Shown here: positions 1 through 12,284 of the stretch, in pieces
Position numbering within the stretch: the stretch's first letter is position 1
Layout of the letters: the number at the start of each line of letters is the position of its first letter
Source: Klebsormidium nitens
Lineage: Eukaryota > Plantae > Klebsormidiophyceae
Reading direction: 5' to 3'
NCBI GenBank assembly: GCA_000708835.1
Contig: DF237417.1
Coordinates: forward strand, 1-64,000
DNA: 64,000 nt
Made by a program: the position numbers and the translations under genes
The notes under the pieces: generated by a model
The model's database searches: none
The model's input: only the letters and a program-made list of their open reading frames with translations
Told to the model about the DNA's origin: nothing

Positions 1-1513
1 AACGTTTCAGTCTCAACACTTCAACTTAATCAACATCTGCAATTTTATCAGACGCTTGGCAGGCATTGGCCAAGTTTAGAAAGTTACATCAATTTGAACT
101 TGATCGCGGCGAAAGTTTTCGGTTTCCAGATTCGGAAGGAGGAAGGTTTGCAAGATTGAAGTCTCGTTCCGGTAGGACAATGTCTGGAATCATTTCCAAG
201 GAAATCTTATGCCTATGCTTCCCATGTATGTGCAGTGGGCTAATATTGCGAGGGATCCGGCGTCGTAGATGTTTGTATTGAGTGGCCTTATTGCAATGTA
301 AAACCGCATGTGCAAATTGCTTTTAAAGGCGCATGCTCCCGCCTGTTCTTGCTAACTTAGAAAGCCCTAGCATCATACTCAGTGTCTCATTGCACATATG
401 GGCGTTATCGAGTACATCATGTGCGGTATGATGATGAAAGCACCGATCCACTTAGCATGTATGGCCGAAGCGGAGTTCGGAGAACACGTCGGCGTGCAGG
501 ACGCCCACGCCATGCAGCTATACAGTAGTATAACCGAAGTTCACCAATTTCAAGACGTGGTCCCTATTGGACCATGGTGATTGGCGGGTGATCGTTAATC
601 GTGCTGGCCCGCGGCAAACTCGTGTCGAACTCAGCTTGCAAGCTGCCATGGTGTGTAATGGCACTCGAAGGCTGACAATCACTGCGTGCTTTATAATCGA
701 CCGGACCATGCATCTCCGGCGCATTGTTATCTTCTCTTAGTGCCTCAAAAGTCTCGCACGCCGCTAAGTTAGGCGAGTAATCGCAAAATTGATTCAATGA
801 TCGTGCAGTTCCGAGGCCCCATAAAGCTGAGAGACGTTCCACTGTACTATGCATGGCCTTTAAGTGGTCGCTGGTATGCGCCCGCGCAAAACTTTGGCCA
901 TACATGCGGAAGCTAGCTGTTACTTCGACTCGGACGGCTTGCGGATCAGTGAATGTCATTGCACAACATGGACATGTCCCTGATTCCGGTGCGCTACATA
1001 AGTTATGCATGCATTGACGAGGCTATCCTACATCGCATTTCCGCTGACTCTGTGAGCTGAAGCGATGGTTGGCGCATAGTGAGGCTCGTACAAAGCGGCC
1101 GCCTCTAGTATTCCCGGCTCTGGGAGGGGAAAAAGATACGCCCCCCATACATTCCGACTAGGCCCGGCTTACAGCTTCTTTTTACAAGGGCACAACGTAT
1201 GCTCAAAACGCACGCTTGGATGACATCCCCTCGATGGACAGTGATATTAAAGTCGCCATAGGTTCCATATTACATGAGGAGCAGGATCTCCGTCACCAAT
1301 ACTATCTCTTCCAAGCTTTCTGCCAGTTTCTATCTAATATAAATTTGTCGATCAGTACCCATACTGACTCGGACTCGCACAGAGTTTCTCACTAGAGCTG
1401 GCAGGTTGGTCAAAGAAAGCTCGACTCCTCTCTAGTATTCCACATATGTACATTTGAGTTTTAGAAGCTGCTTCAAGTAGAAAACCTCTTAAGGTTGGCC
1501 ACCGCCTTCTCAT

Positions 1514-4500
1514 CTAATCGGCGACGACAGCCATGAACGCACTGGATGTGTAATTGCAAACTTCGCACGTGCTTTCAACCGACCTCAGCGAAAGCTCGCA
1601 CGCGGCGACGCCTTCTTGCAACAAGGTGCATGCATCGTCGCTCCCGTCCAGCGCTATGTCGTTCACCTAGTCAAGAACAAGGGAAAGCAAAACGGAACGC
1701 TTGAGGAGGAAAACAGAAACAAGCAAGCAAAGAAAGGCAATAAGCAAGCAAAGATGCAACGTGTTCAATACTTGCGAAACGAGACGCCTTCCATAGATCA
1801 TACGCGACCAAAGTTGGACAACGTCCCTTACAAAACAGTCTTTGGACTTCAAAAGGGGCGCACAAACCCAACTGCAAAGTCAAAACTCATGCGCAGAAAA
1901 CGTCCCACTTCGTCGGCGCATTGTGGCTCCAAAAGCCGTTGGCAGGAGCGCAGAGCTTAGTCATAGCAGAAAAGAAAAAGAAGAGAAGCTTCGTTAGGAG
2001 TCGGCTGATAGACTCCAAACTTATCGGAGACTTCATAATAGCCGACGCCACCTCTTGCAGTGCAAACGTGCATCTCTCGGCCCTGACGGATGTGGCAACC
2101 TTTCATAGGCTAACTCCGGGCAGGTGCTCACCGCCATAAGCTGCCCCGCGGCGGCCTGCAGGTTGCTCGCTAGGACGTCCAGAACGGACGCCTTGCTCCG
2201 GACCAGCCCGGACATCAGCTCCAGCTTGTTCTGCAGCCTGGGGGGGAGAAAATGGCTGGCCATCAGTCCCCCGGAAAGATCAGAACAGTGAGATCCGCTT
2301 GGGGGTTTTGTACAATCGCGATCCGAGGCACTAGTGGACGGTGGGTCCACTCTGGAGACTGAGACGCAGAGAGGCACCGTCTTTCTTGAATATCTTTTGA
2401 CAGCAATTGATATTCAAAATCTTTTGAGCTTCTTACGGGAGGCGCGCCTTCTTGCAAGACGTGGGGGAGACGTCAAGTAAGGAGGTGCCAAACCAGACTT
2501 CGAGAAGTGACTCAAGAAGCGCCTGACGCGTAGAACGGGGCTCACGAGCGAACGTACTTACAGAGCGAACGCAATAACCGCTTTCAGATGAGAACCGACA
2601 CCCGCACGCCGGCGATTGACATCAGTCAGAACCACAATAACCAGGTTTAATAAGCGCCTCAAAAAGCGCCGAAGCGTAGAACAAGGCTTACGCGGGAATG
2701 TACTTGATAAGCGAAGGTTAGTATGTGCTTCCGGATGTAACGTCTGTGCGACGGCCCCGAGATCTCCATGCAGCACTCACGTCAGCACTCACGTCAGCAA
2801 AAGAGCAATAGCCAATCTGGAAACTGAGGGTCTGAATCAAAATCGTACAGCGAAAGAAAACATATTCAGGTAATTGTACTTACAGAGCAAATGTAGTGCG
2901 CGCTTCCGGATGTAACGTCTGTTCCGACAGCACCGACGCACCCACGGCCCCCAAAGCGCCCGCCACCGCGCTTGCTGGAAGAGCCCAGGGGCCGAGCACA
3001 CCTGCAGAAGGGGGCTGACATCAGCCTAACGTGAGGATCGCTGCAGGTGCTTCTTTGTGGGGATATTGTGGCGGGACGGTTGAGTTTCATACGCAGGTGC
3101 TAGTTTCACGGGGAGGGTCAAGCGATAGCAGTGCGTGAATGAGGTGGCAAAACGTGTCCCAGTCGCATCATACTAGGCGACCCAATGTATGCAAGCAGAT
3201 TTGAATAGAGAACCTGGGGCTGAAGAAGGAATGACCTGGGAAGCTCCGTAAAAACGACTCTGTTTCCAATCAAGCGGCCTTTTGAACTTTTCCACCAAAA
3301 AGACACTCTTGACCGGGAGAATGCGGGACCGATTCTCGATCGCGCCGACAGATTCTGTCATTATTCAAAGCAAGATACGGAATGTGCTGTCCACGAAATA
3401 CAGCAAAAGGATGGGGGGAGAACTCGGTCGCTTCGAAAAAGAGAAGTATTTACGTTAGCATTTCACCACACCAAGAGGCGGGGACGCAATTGTTCACGTC
3501 AGCATTCCACTAGAAGCACGGTACGGTGAAAGAAGTTGTCCACGTCAGCATACCCACCTCGTAGCACGAGAACGGCCAGCGCGCCAGCCCCGCCCCCCAT
3601 GGCTGGCGCCGCAGCGACACCGATGTCGGCTTTAGAGGGATCCCTCACGACTGCCTGCGCGCGTTCCTGCGGGAGGCGGAAAGAAACGATGAGCAATTCG
3701 TTTGAGCGAAAGTATGGCAAAGAGCATCAAAATATTCTTTTACCAAACCATTGCGGAATGCTCCTGGAATCCCAACGTTTGGTCCGAAACTTGGAGAAGC
3801 GCTCCATTGACCGCAGGGCCAAGTGGCAGGGGGTTGAGACAACGCAGCTTCGGCAATAAATCGACAAAAGAACCGGAAGGGACGACAGAATCTTGACACG
3901 GTCTTGTGTATCAAGGAAACGGATGGGTGCTCGGACTGTGCGACACTGCTGAAAGTTTTTTACGATCGCCTGTGCCAGGAGCAAGCGAAACGAGAAACGA
4001 GGTGTGGTCCAGCCACGTGCTGAGGAGCTACAAGGAAACGTGTTGTGGGGCCCGGCCCCAAAAGAATTGTCGCTTTTGGGTCGCTAAACAACAGAACTCC
4101 TCATGGATGATACTTCGAAAGCCCAACTCATGATCTCCTAAACCTTAGTTTTGACAAGGTAAGCCTGCGCCCTCTTCAACAGAGTCCAGACCTAAGAACG
4201 CCGCTTTTGGGGCGCTCAACGCCGACAACAAAACCCCGAAACCCTAAGGTTCTAACCGTCGAAATTCTAGTAAGTAGAAAAGAAGCTTGCGTCCTCACCG
4301 CCAAGCTTTGTAAGTCCTGCCCCACGGCCCGGTGGGCTGCGGCGGTGCCCTGGATCTGCGTCCCCAGGCTGCGCAGCCGGTTCCATGCGAGGTCCATTGC
4401 GCGCCTGAAAACAAATGCATAATTCAGATTCTGTCTAGATTCACGTTTTCGATGAATTCAGTTTGCTCACATATGAGCGCTTTTGCAGAAAGATTGTTTG

Positions 4501-7500
4501 AGGGTGATTCGCAGAGCGTCTTACAGAAAAAAACGCACAGACTTGATTGTGAATGTCTTGGGTATGTTAAGCACAAGAAGAGAACGCGATAGCAGGAAAC
4601 AACTCTTGACAGGGAGTGCGGACCAGAAGGGACGAATATGAAGTCGGATACAATAACGAACGTGAGCGCTTGAATGTAAGGACATCCTTTGTGAGGGATC
4701 TGATAGTGAACCCAATATTGGCTTGCCTCTTTTTTTACGTAGTAAAAACGCAAGTTGTAGTTTTCCTGTATTTTCCGTACTGTACGACGTGGTGAGCGGC
4801 TACCTGAGTGACCAGTCGATGAGATTTCTCCTTGTTTGCCTGCCTTCGACGATAACACGTACAGTAGCCACCCAAAAACACTCATACCATGATGGGTTTT
4901 GCTTGTGGACTGCCCCGCAGAGCGGCGCAGATTGTCTGTATCGCATCGAAGCCGGCCGCGTAGGCCGCTGAAAGTTTTATGTAACGCTGTAACGTTTTGC
5001 CAGCTTTTAACGGCCACGATACTTCCACGTGCAGATTCTAGCGTCAAGATCCTGCCACGGTGCCCGGTATCGTACCCGAGAAAGGCAGTGTCAACTTTTA
5101 AATCAATCAATCAATCAATCAATCAATCAGTCAACCAGAACCACACATAATATATAAGCTATGGCTGATTCTTCTAATATATCGCAACTTAAGTAACGAT
5201 CTTCTCGAAAACATCGCCGTTGAACACCGATAAAATCCTCCGCCCATAGGCCCCCGTTAGAGGCAAGCCCTGGCGCCCCTCGGGGGCGGTCCAACATGTG
5301 AAATATAGAACTCAAGCAAAGAAAGATCAAACCTAAAGTCAAGCAACGGTCCCCCCTGGCCTACAGCGCTTTTGCAGAACCAGAAACTCAAGAGCAACTG
5401 AAAGGCAACGAGAAAGCGAACGGGCAACAAACGACGCGTGCTTAGCAAGTATGCACCTCACCTGGCTCCCGGCGCGTGTTGCAGCAATGCTGAGGTCCGA
5501 TACGGGGCGCAATTTGCACAACATTCCGAGAGACAACGCTGAAACCTAAGAAGACGATAGAGAACGCGTGACTAGCAATTGATCCTCACCTGGCTCCCGG
5601 CGCGTGTTGCAGCAGCACTGCGGGAAGAAGGGAGGCGACGCTGCGCAGGCCCTCGCTCAGGCGGTCGCACCGCTCCACCAGCTCCTGCGTGCTCTGCTCC
5701 AGCTCCTGCACAAGGGGGACAAAAAACACAGGTGAGACACACATATTTGATACCCTCAATTGGTAAGAAGGCAGGTGAGAGTCACGGATTTGTTTCCCCG
5801 CATTGGAAGAAAATACATGGAGAGTCACGTACTTGTTCCTTCCATTGGCAAGTGCAGGCATGCGCAGCGAAACTCTTACAAGACGCGGTGGATGGGCTGA
5901 CACTTTCTCGATGACTGAGCTTGAGCTAGATGCTGATTGCAGAGAATAAGGAAAATCGACTGACTATGTTCCGGCTTCGGAACTCAGTTGAGGAGACTGG
6001 TGGACAGAGGCGTACTACCAGAGACAACCACTACGACTCCCAGATTCCCGGTTAAGCTAGCCTCAAAACGTCGCCAGCCTTCCCCTCTTCCTCACATGCA
6101 GTCTGCTTCGAAGCTTAAGGAGAAATTTTATCCAACCAGCCAACATCGTTTTAGCAGTGAAAGGATGCAAGAATCCAGGCAACTGTGACGAGCCTAGGAA
6201 CGAACTCGTATGCGGCACCTGACGATTGATCTCAAGAAAGACACTTATCAAGATATGATAACGTCACAGCACTCAAACCGAAGTGGGCTACTTTGCGGAT
6301 ATAGAGTGAGAGTTGGTTTGGAGCGAATGCATCTCTAAGTTCAGGTCCTGAGCGAATGCATCAGCGGAAGCCTTGTATCAATTTCGTTGAGGAATATTAC
6401 CTGATGCCTTTGGGCCGCCTGCTTCATCTGGAGGACGATCTCAATGTGCTCAGCGAAGCTGCTGACCAGCGACTTGGTGTGCTGCAGCGGTATGAGGAAA
6501 CAGCTGTCGAGACACATGTTCGATCTACCACCATATGAACAGCCAAGAATACACGACTTCCCGCTTTACCACCAAAAAGACCAGTCACCGGATTAGACCA
6601 GAGCAGGAACGAGGTGACCGTGCTTCGCCTGGTACTGTCTTTAATATCCTTGATCGACTCGTGCTGGCCAAGTTAGAGGCCCCCGAGTCGTGCTTCCAAA
6701 GAAGGGTCAATAGGAGCCAAAACAACGCAGCCACAACCTTCGATTTCACCCAAGGATGTAAGGCGTTTTATGGGATCTAGTAGAGGTCTCCACTGCAACA
6801 CCTTTCCTTCAAGCTGCCCGGCTGGTTTCAAAGGCAGGCTTTTCACAGGAGTCTCCAAACTGAGGAAGTCATAGTAATAACGTTAGCAGTTCCTCCTTTC
6901 TGCATTTCCAAATGTCTGAGACTGTCAGAACTCGAACCTTCCGCTAATATTTGTCGGAGGTGGATGCAATGCGCGTTTACCTGCAGCCCATTGAGTTCCT
7001 CATCCACCTGCCTGTAGTCTTCGCGCAGCTTGCTAAAGTCGACTCCTGCAAAGAAGAGGGCAGTTAGTTGATGGCTTAGAGAAGGCGGGACATGACGGAG
7101 GATTGGTTTCAAACATGACCTGCTTCATCTCTCTGGCAGCTCTGCCAAAGCGGTGTAAGTAAATAAAGAGCCCCCAGTTTCGAAAGAAGCTGATTATTTC
7201 TCAGATGTATCTCAACGAGGCCAACAGGCGAGTGTGGTATTCAGGATCAGGTTAACTCGAGCAGGAGGCGAATGAGGTGTCCCATAAAAAGGAAGGGCAC
7301 AGTCTGGCGGTGCGCACCATAGTCTGAGGGACCGGGTGATGTTGATACATACGTGACCTAAACTTGTCACAAAATGTAATACACTCTACAGTTCTTCTTC
7401 TGCATGATAATCCAAATGACCAGAATACCAAAATGGATAATCCAAACCCCCCCATAAACCTGAGTCCTGTGAGTACTGTTGTGCTCTGCTGTTCAGTCTT

Positions 7501-8546
7501 GCAAGCTTGAAAAGCTGCCCCAGCTTTTGAACAAACCGAGAGACTGACTGACAATTAGGGGCAGGTCAATGTGGGCGTATTGAAGGGAAAAGCTGGCAGT
7601 AAGGCATGACGGAAGTCACTGAAGAAACTACATGGGGATAAAAGCTGCCGCAGGATGACCATCGGCTCGCATGGCTTGTTTCAAACCAGACATGATCAAA
7701 GAGACAAGAACCCATTGTTGATATCTTTATTGGCAGGAGGGGCACTTGCTCATGAACCAATTACATAGGCAGATGCAAAGCGTTCAATTTGTTATATCAT
7801 GTTGCTTAACATCGCCTCCTCAGATGTCAGTGCCTTTTAAGCAAGCAGTTCGTCCTCCAACAAACCCCCTCCTGAATCCTGTTTGGCAGAGCTTTAATCC
7901 TCCCAACTCCTGAGGCTCTCGGTGCCCAGCGGCCTACTCAGCTCGTCAGCACTAATTGGGACAGCCTAATTTCCAGGTGGCAAACCCAAGGGATCATCCC
8001 CATCAAACATGTACACAGGTCACACGAGTTGGAGCTGAGTGGGGGCATAACCACCAGTTGTCTTGTCATGCACGTTCATCAAACAAAAAGTAGAAGTAAG
8101 GGCTCTTGAAGACACAAAACCATCTGGGCAAACCCATGATGTCTAAGGGATGTCAAGGTCTATGTAGCTCTTAGAGCATAGGGGAATTACTTCCGCCGCA
8201 GGCTTATGAGCATTGCTGATCAGGTCCCTACAAATTGACCACCCAATTCTGTACACAGTGGTGTTTGCACCAAACATAAAGTGTACTGTCAAACCACAAC
8301 GGGGTGGTCCCTTTAGACATCCTTCTTCCCCACTGCCCACCTGCAAGTCAAAAATCCCCCACTGGGAGTTTTCTGGCAGCCCCAGCTGGCCTTTCCTAAC
8401 AAACACCACTACAACTCCCAACAAAGGGTTTTGACCTTACCTGTTCTAGGGAATGCCGCGGCATCGCACACCCCATACAAGAAGGCAATCGTGCGCTGGT
8501 GCTCCTCGCCCAGGCCGTCTTCCGGAGGGACGGTGCCCCCGCCCAT
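1514..8546 (-). CDS. Uncharacterised 9-exon gene, 319 aa: helical N-terminal region, Gly/Ala-rich hydrophobic hairpin, helical C-terminal region
   Basis: Exons 8546-8441, 7045-6981, 6481-6401, 5705-5590, 4404-4299, 3666-3558, 3001-2884, 2237-2132, 1666-1514. All have GT-AG boundaries with matching phases; total 960 nt, open to TAG. Starts MGGGTVPPEDGLGEEHQRTIAF, contains IGVAAAPAMGGGAGALAVLVLRGVLGPWALPASAVAGALGAVGASVL, ends SAFMAVVAD*. An acceptor-like CAG lies 2 nt before the ATG, so an upstream exon (perhaps in or beyond the gap) is possible. No family recognised with certainty. Confidence 0.85.
2553..2760 (-). repeat. Two degenerate copies of the exon-7 3' end and donor of the hairpin-protein gene
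   Basis: Real plus-strand text gtacttacagagcaaatgtagtgcgcgcttccggatgtaacgtctgt (~2877-2923). Copies: gtacttgataagcgaaggttagtatgtgcttccggatgtaacgtctgt (~2700-2747) and gtacttacagagcgaacgc (~2554-2572). Confidence 0.75.
5101..5128 (+). repeat. (AATC)7 microsatellite in an intron
   Basis: aatcaatcaatcaatcaatcaatcaatc read directly. Confidence 0.95.
5455..5490 (-). repeat. Near-perfect copy of the exon-4 3' end and donor, 128 nt inside the intron
   Basis: cctcacctggctcccggcgcgtgttgcagca occurs at ~5456-5486 and ~5584-5614. Confidence 0.9.
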
Positions 8547-8808
8547 TGCTGCGAGAGGTTGCTCTCAGGTAAAAGCAAGTGGCCCCTTGAAGTTGAAGCT
8601 CTGATGGTATGTCTCCGAAAGGAAGGCGTGGAAGCTCTTTCTCTAGCGCGGCGCTACCTGGCTGGACACCCTTTTGAATCTGATCCTGATTGCTAGCTGG
8701 GGTGCTGAGCTAGAGCGGGGGGGGTGCGGGGGGGCGGCAGCCCCTGCTGCTGCCAACCTATTAGTATTCTATATATTTAATAGTAGCGAAGGCAACACAT
8801 CAATCATC

Positions 8809-9356
8809 NNNNNNNNNNNNNNNNNNNNNNNNNNNNNNNNNNNNNNNNNNNNNNNNNNNNNNNNNNNNNNNNNNNNNNNNNNNNNNNNNNNNNNNNNNNN
8901 NNNNNNNNNNNNNNNNNNNNNNNNNNNNNNNNNNNNNNNNNNNNNNNNNNNNNNNNNNNNNNNNNNNNNNNNNNNNNNNNNNNNNNNNNNNNNNNNNNNN
9001 NNNNNNNNNNNNNNNNNNNNNNNNNNNNNNNNNNNNNNNNNNNNNNNNNNNNNNNNNNNNNNNNNNNNNNNNNNNNNNNNNNNNNNNNNNNNNNNNNNNN
9101 NNNNNNNNNNNNNNNNNNNNNNNNNNNNNNNNNNNNNNNNNNNNNNNNNNNNNNNNNNNNNNNNNNNNNNNNNNNNNNNNNNNNNNNNNNNNNNNNNNNN
9201 NNNNNNNNNNNNNNNNNNNNNNNNNNNNNNNNNNNNNNNNNNNNNNNNNNNNNNNNNNNNNNNNNNNNNNNNNNNNNNNNNNNNNNNNNNNNNNNNNNNN
9301 NNNNNNNNNNNNNNNNNNNNNNNNNNNNNNNNNNNNNNNNNNNNNNNNNNNNNNNN
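8809..9356. other. Assembly gap (548 N)
   Basis: Run of N characters. Confidence 1.
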
Positions 9357-12284
9357 AAAAGGGACGAGGTGCCGAGGGCCCTACTAACGGTAGTCATCGC
9401 CGCTGAAGTGGGCGGTGTTCTACGAGAGCAAGACGAGAGCAGCAGTGGCAGCACACATTCATGACATCTTTTCCCGTCGTCCTTCCTCGATCAGGATATA
9501 AAAGGACCTACAAGTCTGATCTAGTGCCAGCATTTTTGGATGTCGAGCTGATTCTCTGATTCCTAGGGCCTCCATGCAAATTCTTTTCGCTTCAAATACT
9601 ATCGAGTCCTGTTTCGGACTCATTGAGTTGGGACACTCTGGAAAGTCGGGAAAACATAACCTTGGGAACCAGTAGTAAGAAGTACGCGATGCTAGCAGCT
9701 ACAGATTCCAATGTGGTAGGAGGAGACAACTTGCGTTCAAGGACCAGAATTGCACACCGGCTCACGGCAGCAGCAACTTTGCTTGAGACTCCGCCTATTT
9801 GTTTAGCCTCGCGTGTCTGCACGAGCTTGGGAGAGTGCTTGCGACGGAATGAACGTGACTTCTAGCATTTGGTGGGCAGGGGTGATGGACCGTTTGGCCC
9901 CAGCTTCCCTGGACGGAAAGACTTTCTCTGAACCCGCAAGCGGGAAAGAGCCCGGAAAGTCATGTGCAGGCTGTGGGCAACTTGAAGTGACTATGGGCTT
10001 CATCCTTACAATCATCAAAGGCATCAAGTTGCTAGTATAGATCTGCTGCAGTCTTCGACTCAGGCTGCCAGGCAGGGCAGCAAGTTCAACCCAAGGACTG
10101 CTCAATACGGGTACTCTCTCAGCTTCCACTGAACTCTTTTGCTACGTCATGTACGACGTATCCACTCACTCGTTTATGCTTTTGAACGATTGTTCGTCCT
10201 TCGTTCACGGATTGATAACTCTCGATCGGTGCACGTTCTCGACTTTCATGATAATTACCTGTCATTCTGGACCGCCCTTTCGAAATCTGATATTAAGGAG
10301 CCAAAGGCTCCTGACAAATCACCAACATTTAATTGTGAAGAATGGTCAGAGCTTTTTGCAGCTTATGTTCATGTTACAGCAACGGCGCAAAAAAACAGCC
10401 GTTGGTTTGAGAGATCAAACTCTTGTCAAAGTTTAGCAAGGAAGCTTCGACTCTATCCATTCGCGATCTGGATACAGAAATCGGCTTGTTGACGCGAACT
10501 TTTTGCTTCATCAAACTGTTTCATCATGACAACGTCAGAGCAGCACCAACTTACATTGTACCAAATCATTGAGCACGGAATTTGGCTTCCTGACACTGAT
10601 CTCTTGGCACGTGCCCGAATCTGACCCATCGGAGGCACTTTTGAAAACCTGCCAGTCATTGCAGAGCTCTTCGTATCACCTGATCGTTCCAATCATAGGA
10701 CTACGATGGGGGCTGCAATGGTAGACCGCTGGTCGATTGGATCATGCAGCATTTTAGGCCGTTGTCATGATCGCGTATTATTGCTGTTCTAGCTGGTCGC
10801 TTTAACTTTGCAAGACTTCGAAAGCTTTACTTAAGCGAGCAATCACGTGCATGGTTGGCGGCCTTGAGGACTTGCTGGTTGCATCGTCCTCGTCGAAAAC
10901 GTCTGTAATTAACTTCGACTGAGTCCAGCTCGTTGTGTTGCCTGAAGATAATAGGTACGATCTTGCATCAGTCAAAGATCACCCATCTTCAGTCCGTCTA
11001 TCAGGTCCGCACTTAGCAGTGCTGTCAGCACGACGTCAGCATCCGCTGTTGCGTCTTCCTTTCTTATCAAATATGGACGCTCCGTACTGCCGAAGCTTGG
11101 ATGGACAACCCATACTCATAGCTCCGAGGGAATCCTGTCCGGACTATCACCTGCATGCTCACGGTAGTATCGGATGGATCTTGTTTTCTAAACACGATAG
11201 TGTCGCGTGCATCGACCGTTCGCGTTCACGTGATATTTTCTGATTGCCGAGATGGCGGTTGGCTACCTCACCGTTCAACGGTTCTTACCCCGCTCCTCCG
11301 GCTCAGTATTTCTCTTTAATAGCATATCCATTTCAGAGCATATCCATTTCAGAAACTTTCATTGGACTTCAGTCAATTTGAAATCTTCTGATCATTGTCG
11401 TCAACAGCAGGTATGTTGCAACCTCATTTGGAGCCGTGCATTGTCGGGGCTACGATCAACTTTGCTGAAGGCCCTCTGAGTGATCCGCTTTCGTTAGTCG
11501 GAAGTAGCCATGTGCAGATCAGTGAGTGATCGAACTATAGCGCAGGATCCGTTACGCATATTTGAAGGCCTAAAAGATTGATCTCAAGTTCTTCAAAACC
11601 GCATGCATGTTTGTCGTGACAAACGATGTCGATTCGATGAGCTCCGCCGTAACGTCGATCTACATGCATGGGTCACATGTTCGATCATTACCAATGTGTA
11701 TGTATGAGTACGTTGGAGCTCATTCCAAATCTGGGACCTGTTCATGTTTCTGTGGACAATTAAATTACTCGTGAAGCAATTGTTTGTCACCAGCTAGACG
11801 TCGCGTCCTGACAATGGAGCTCCTCAGTGGCTGGGCCCTCACGAGCGCATAAAAGCCCACCCGGTCGCGCGATAATCACTGGGCAATGGAATACTAGAGT
11901 GTAGGCACACCTACAGCAGAGTGCATATATGGACTGGAGCACTGAACTAATGCTACCGTGACGTGCACTCGACGCATGTTTTGATCCAAGAATGAATCAA
12001 TCAAATTGACTGCAGTTGGATCCTGCACAACTGGACATGAGTGCATGCAATTGGATAAACGGTACCCAAAACTCATGGAGCTAAGCAGACACAGAACGAT
12101 GCGGTTTCTATTGATGGTCGTCAGGCGATCAGACTACCTTGCGGACCAACTTATTATGCAGAACCTTCTTATTCTGTACACTCAATGGCGCTTCATCTGT
12201 CCTATGCCATCAGATCTTCAAGAGTCCTATTGCAGTCTCAAGCATACCTGACAACACGAGAGCACATGTAAAACTCACGCATCA

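Noticed and set aside
1-1500. ORFs 398-580 and 564-1010 as a gene or transposon remnant
   Set aside because: No recognisable motif, no clear splice pattern, and codon style unlike the real exons.
4888-4967. Exon-like segment (tttcag|...ATCATG|gtatga) in ORF 4424-5110, within the hairpin-protein gene
   Set aside because: It is 80 nt and would frameshift; exons 4 and 5 already join in phase without it. At most a poison exon; no support.
8674-9454. ORFs 8674-9387 (+) and 8804-9454 (-)
   Set aside because: They are open only because they run through the N gap.
9357-12200. Scattered ORFs (e.g. 9623-9865, 10139-10492 with TGA-interrupted continuation) as a pseudogene, transposase or selenoprotein
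   Set aside because: No domain motif recognised in any frame and no SECIS-like structure identified. It could be degraded repeat DNA, but I cannot support a call.
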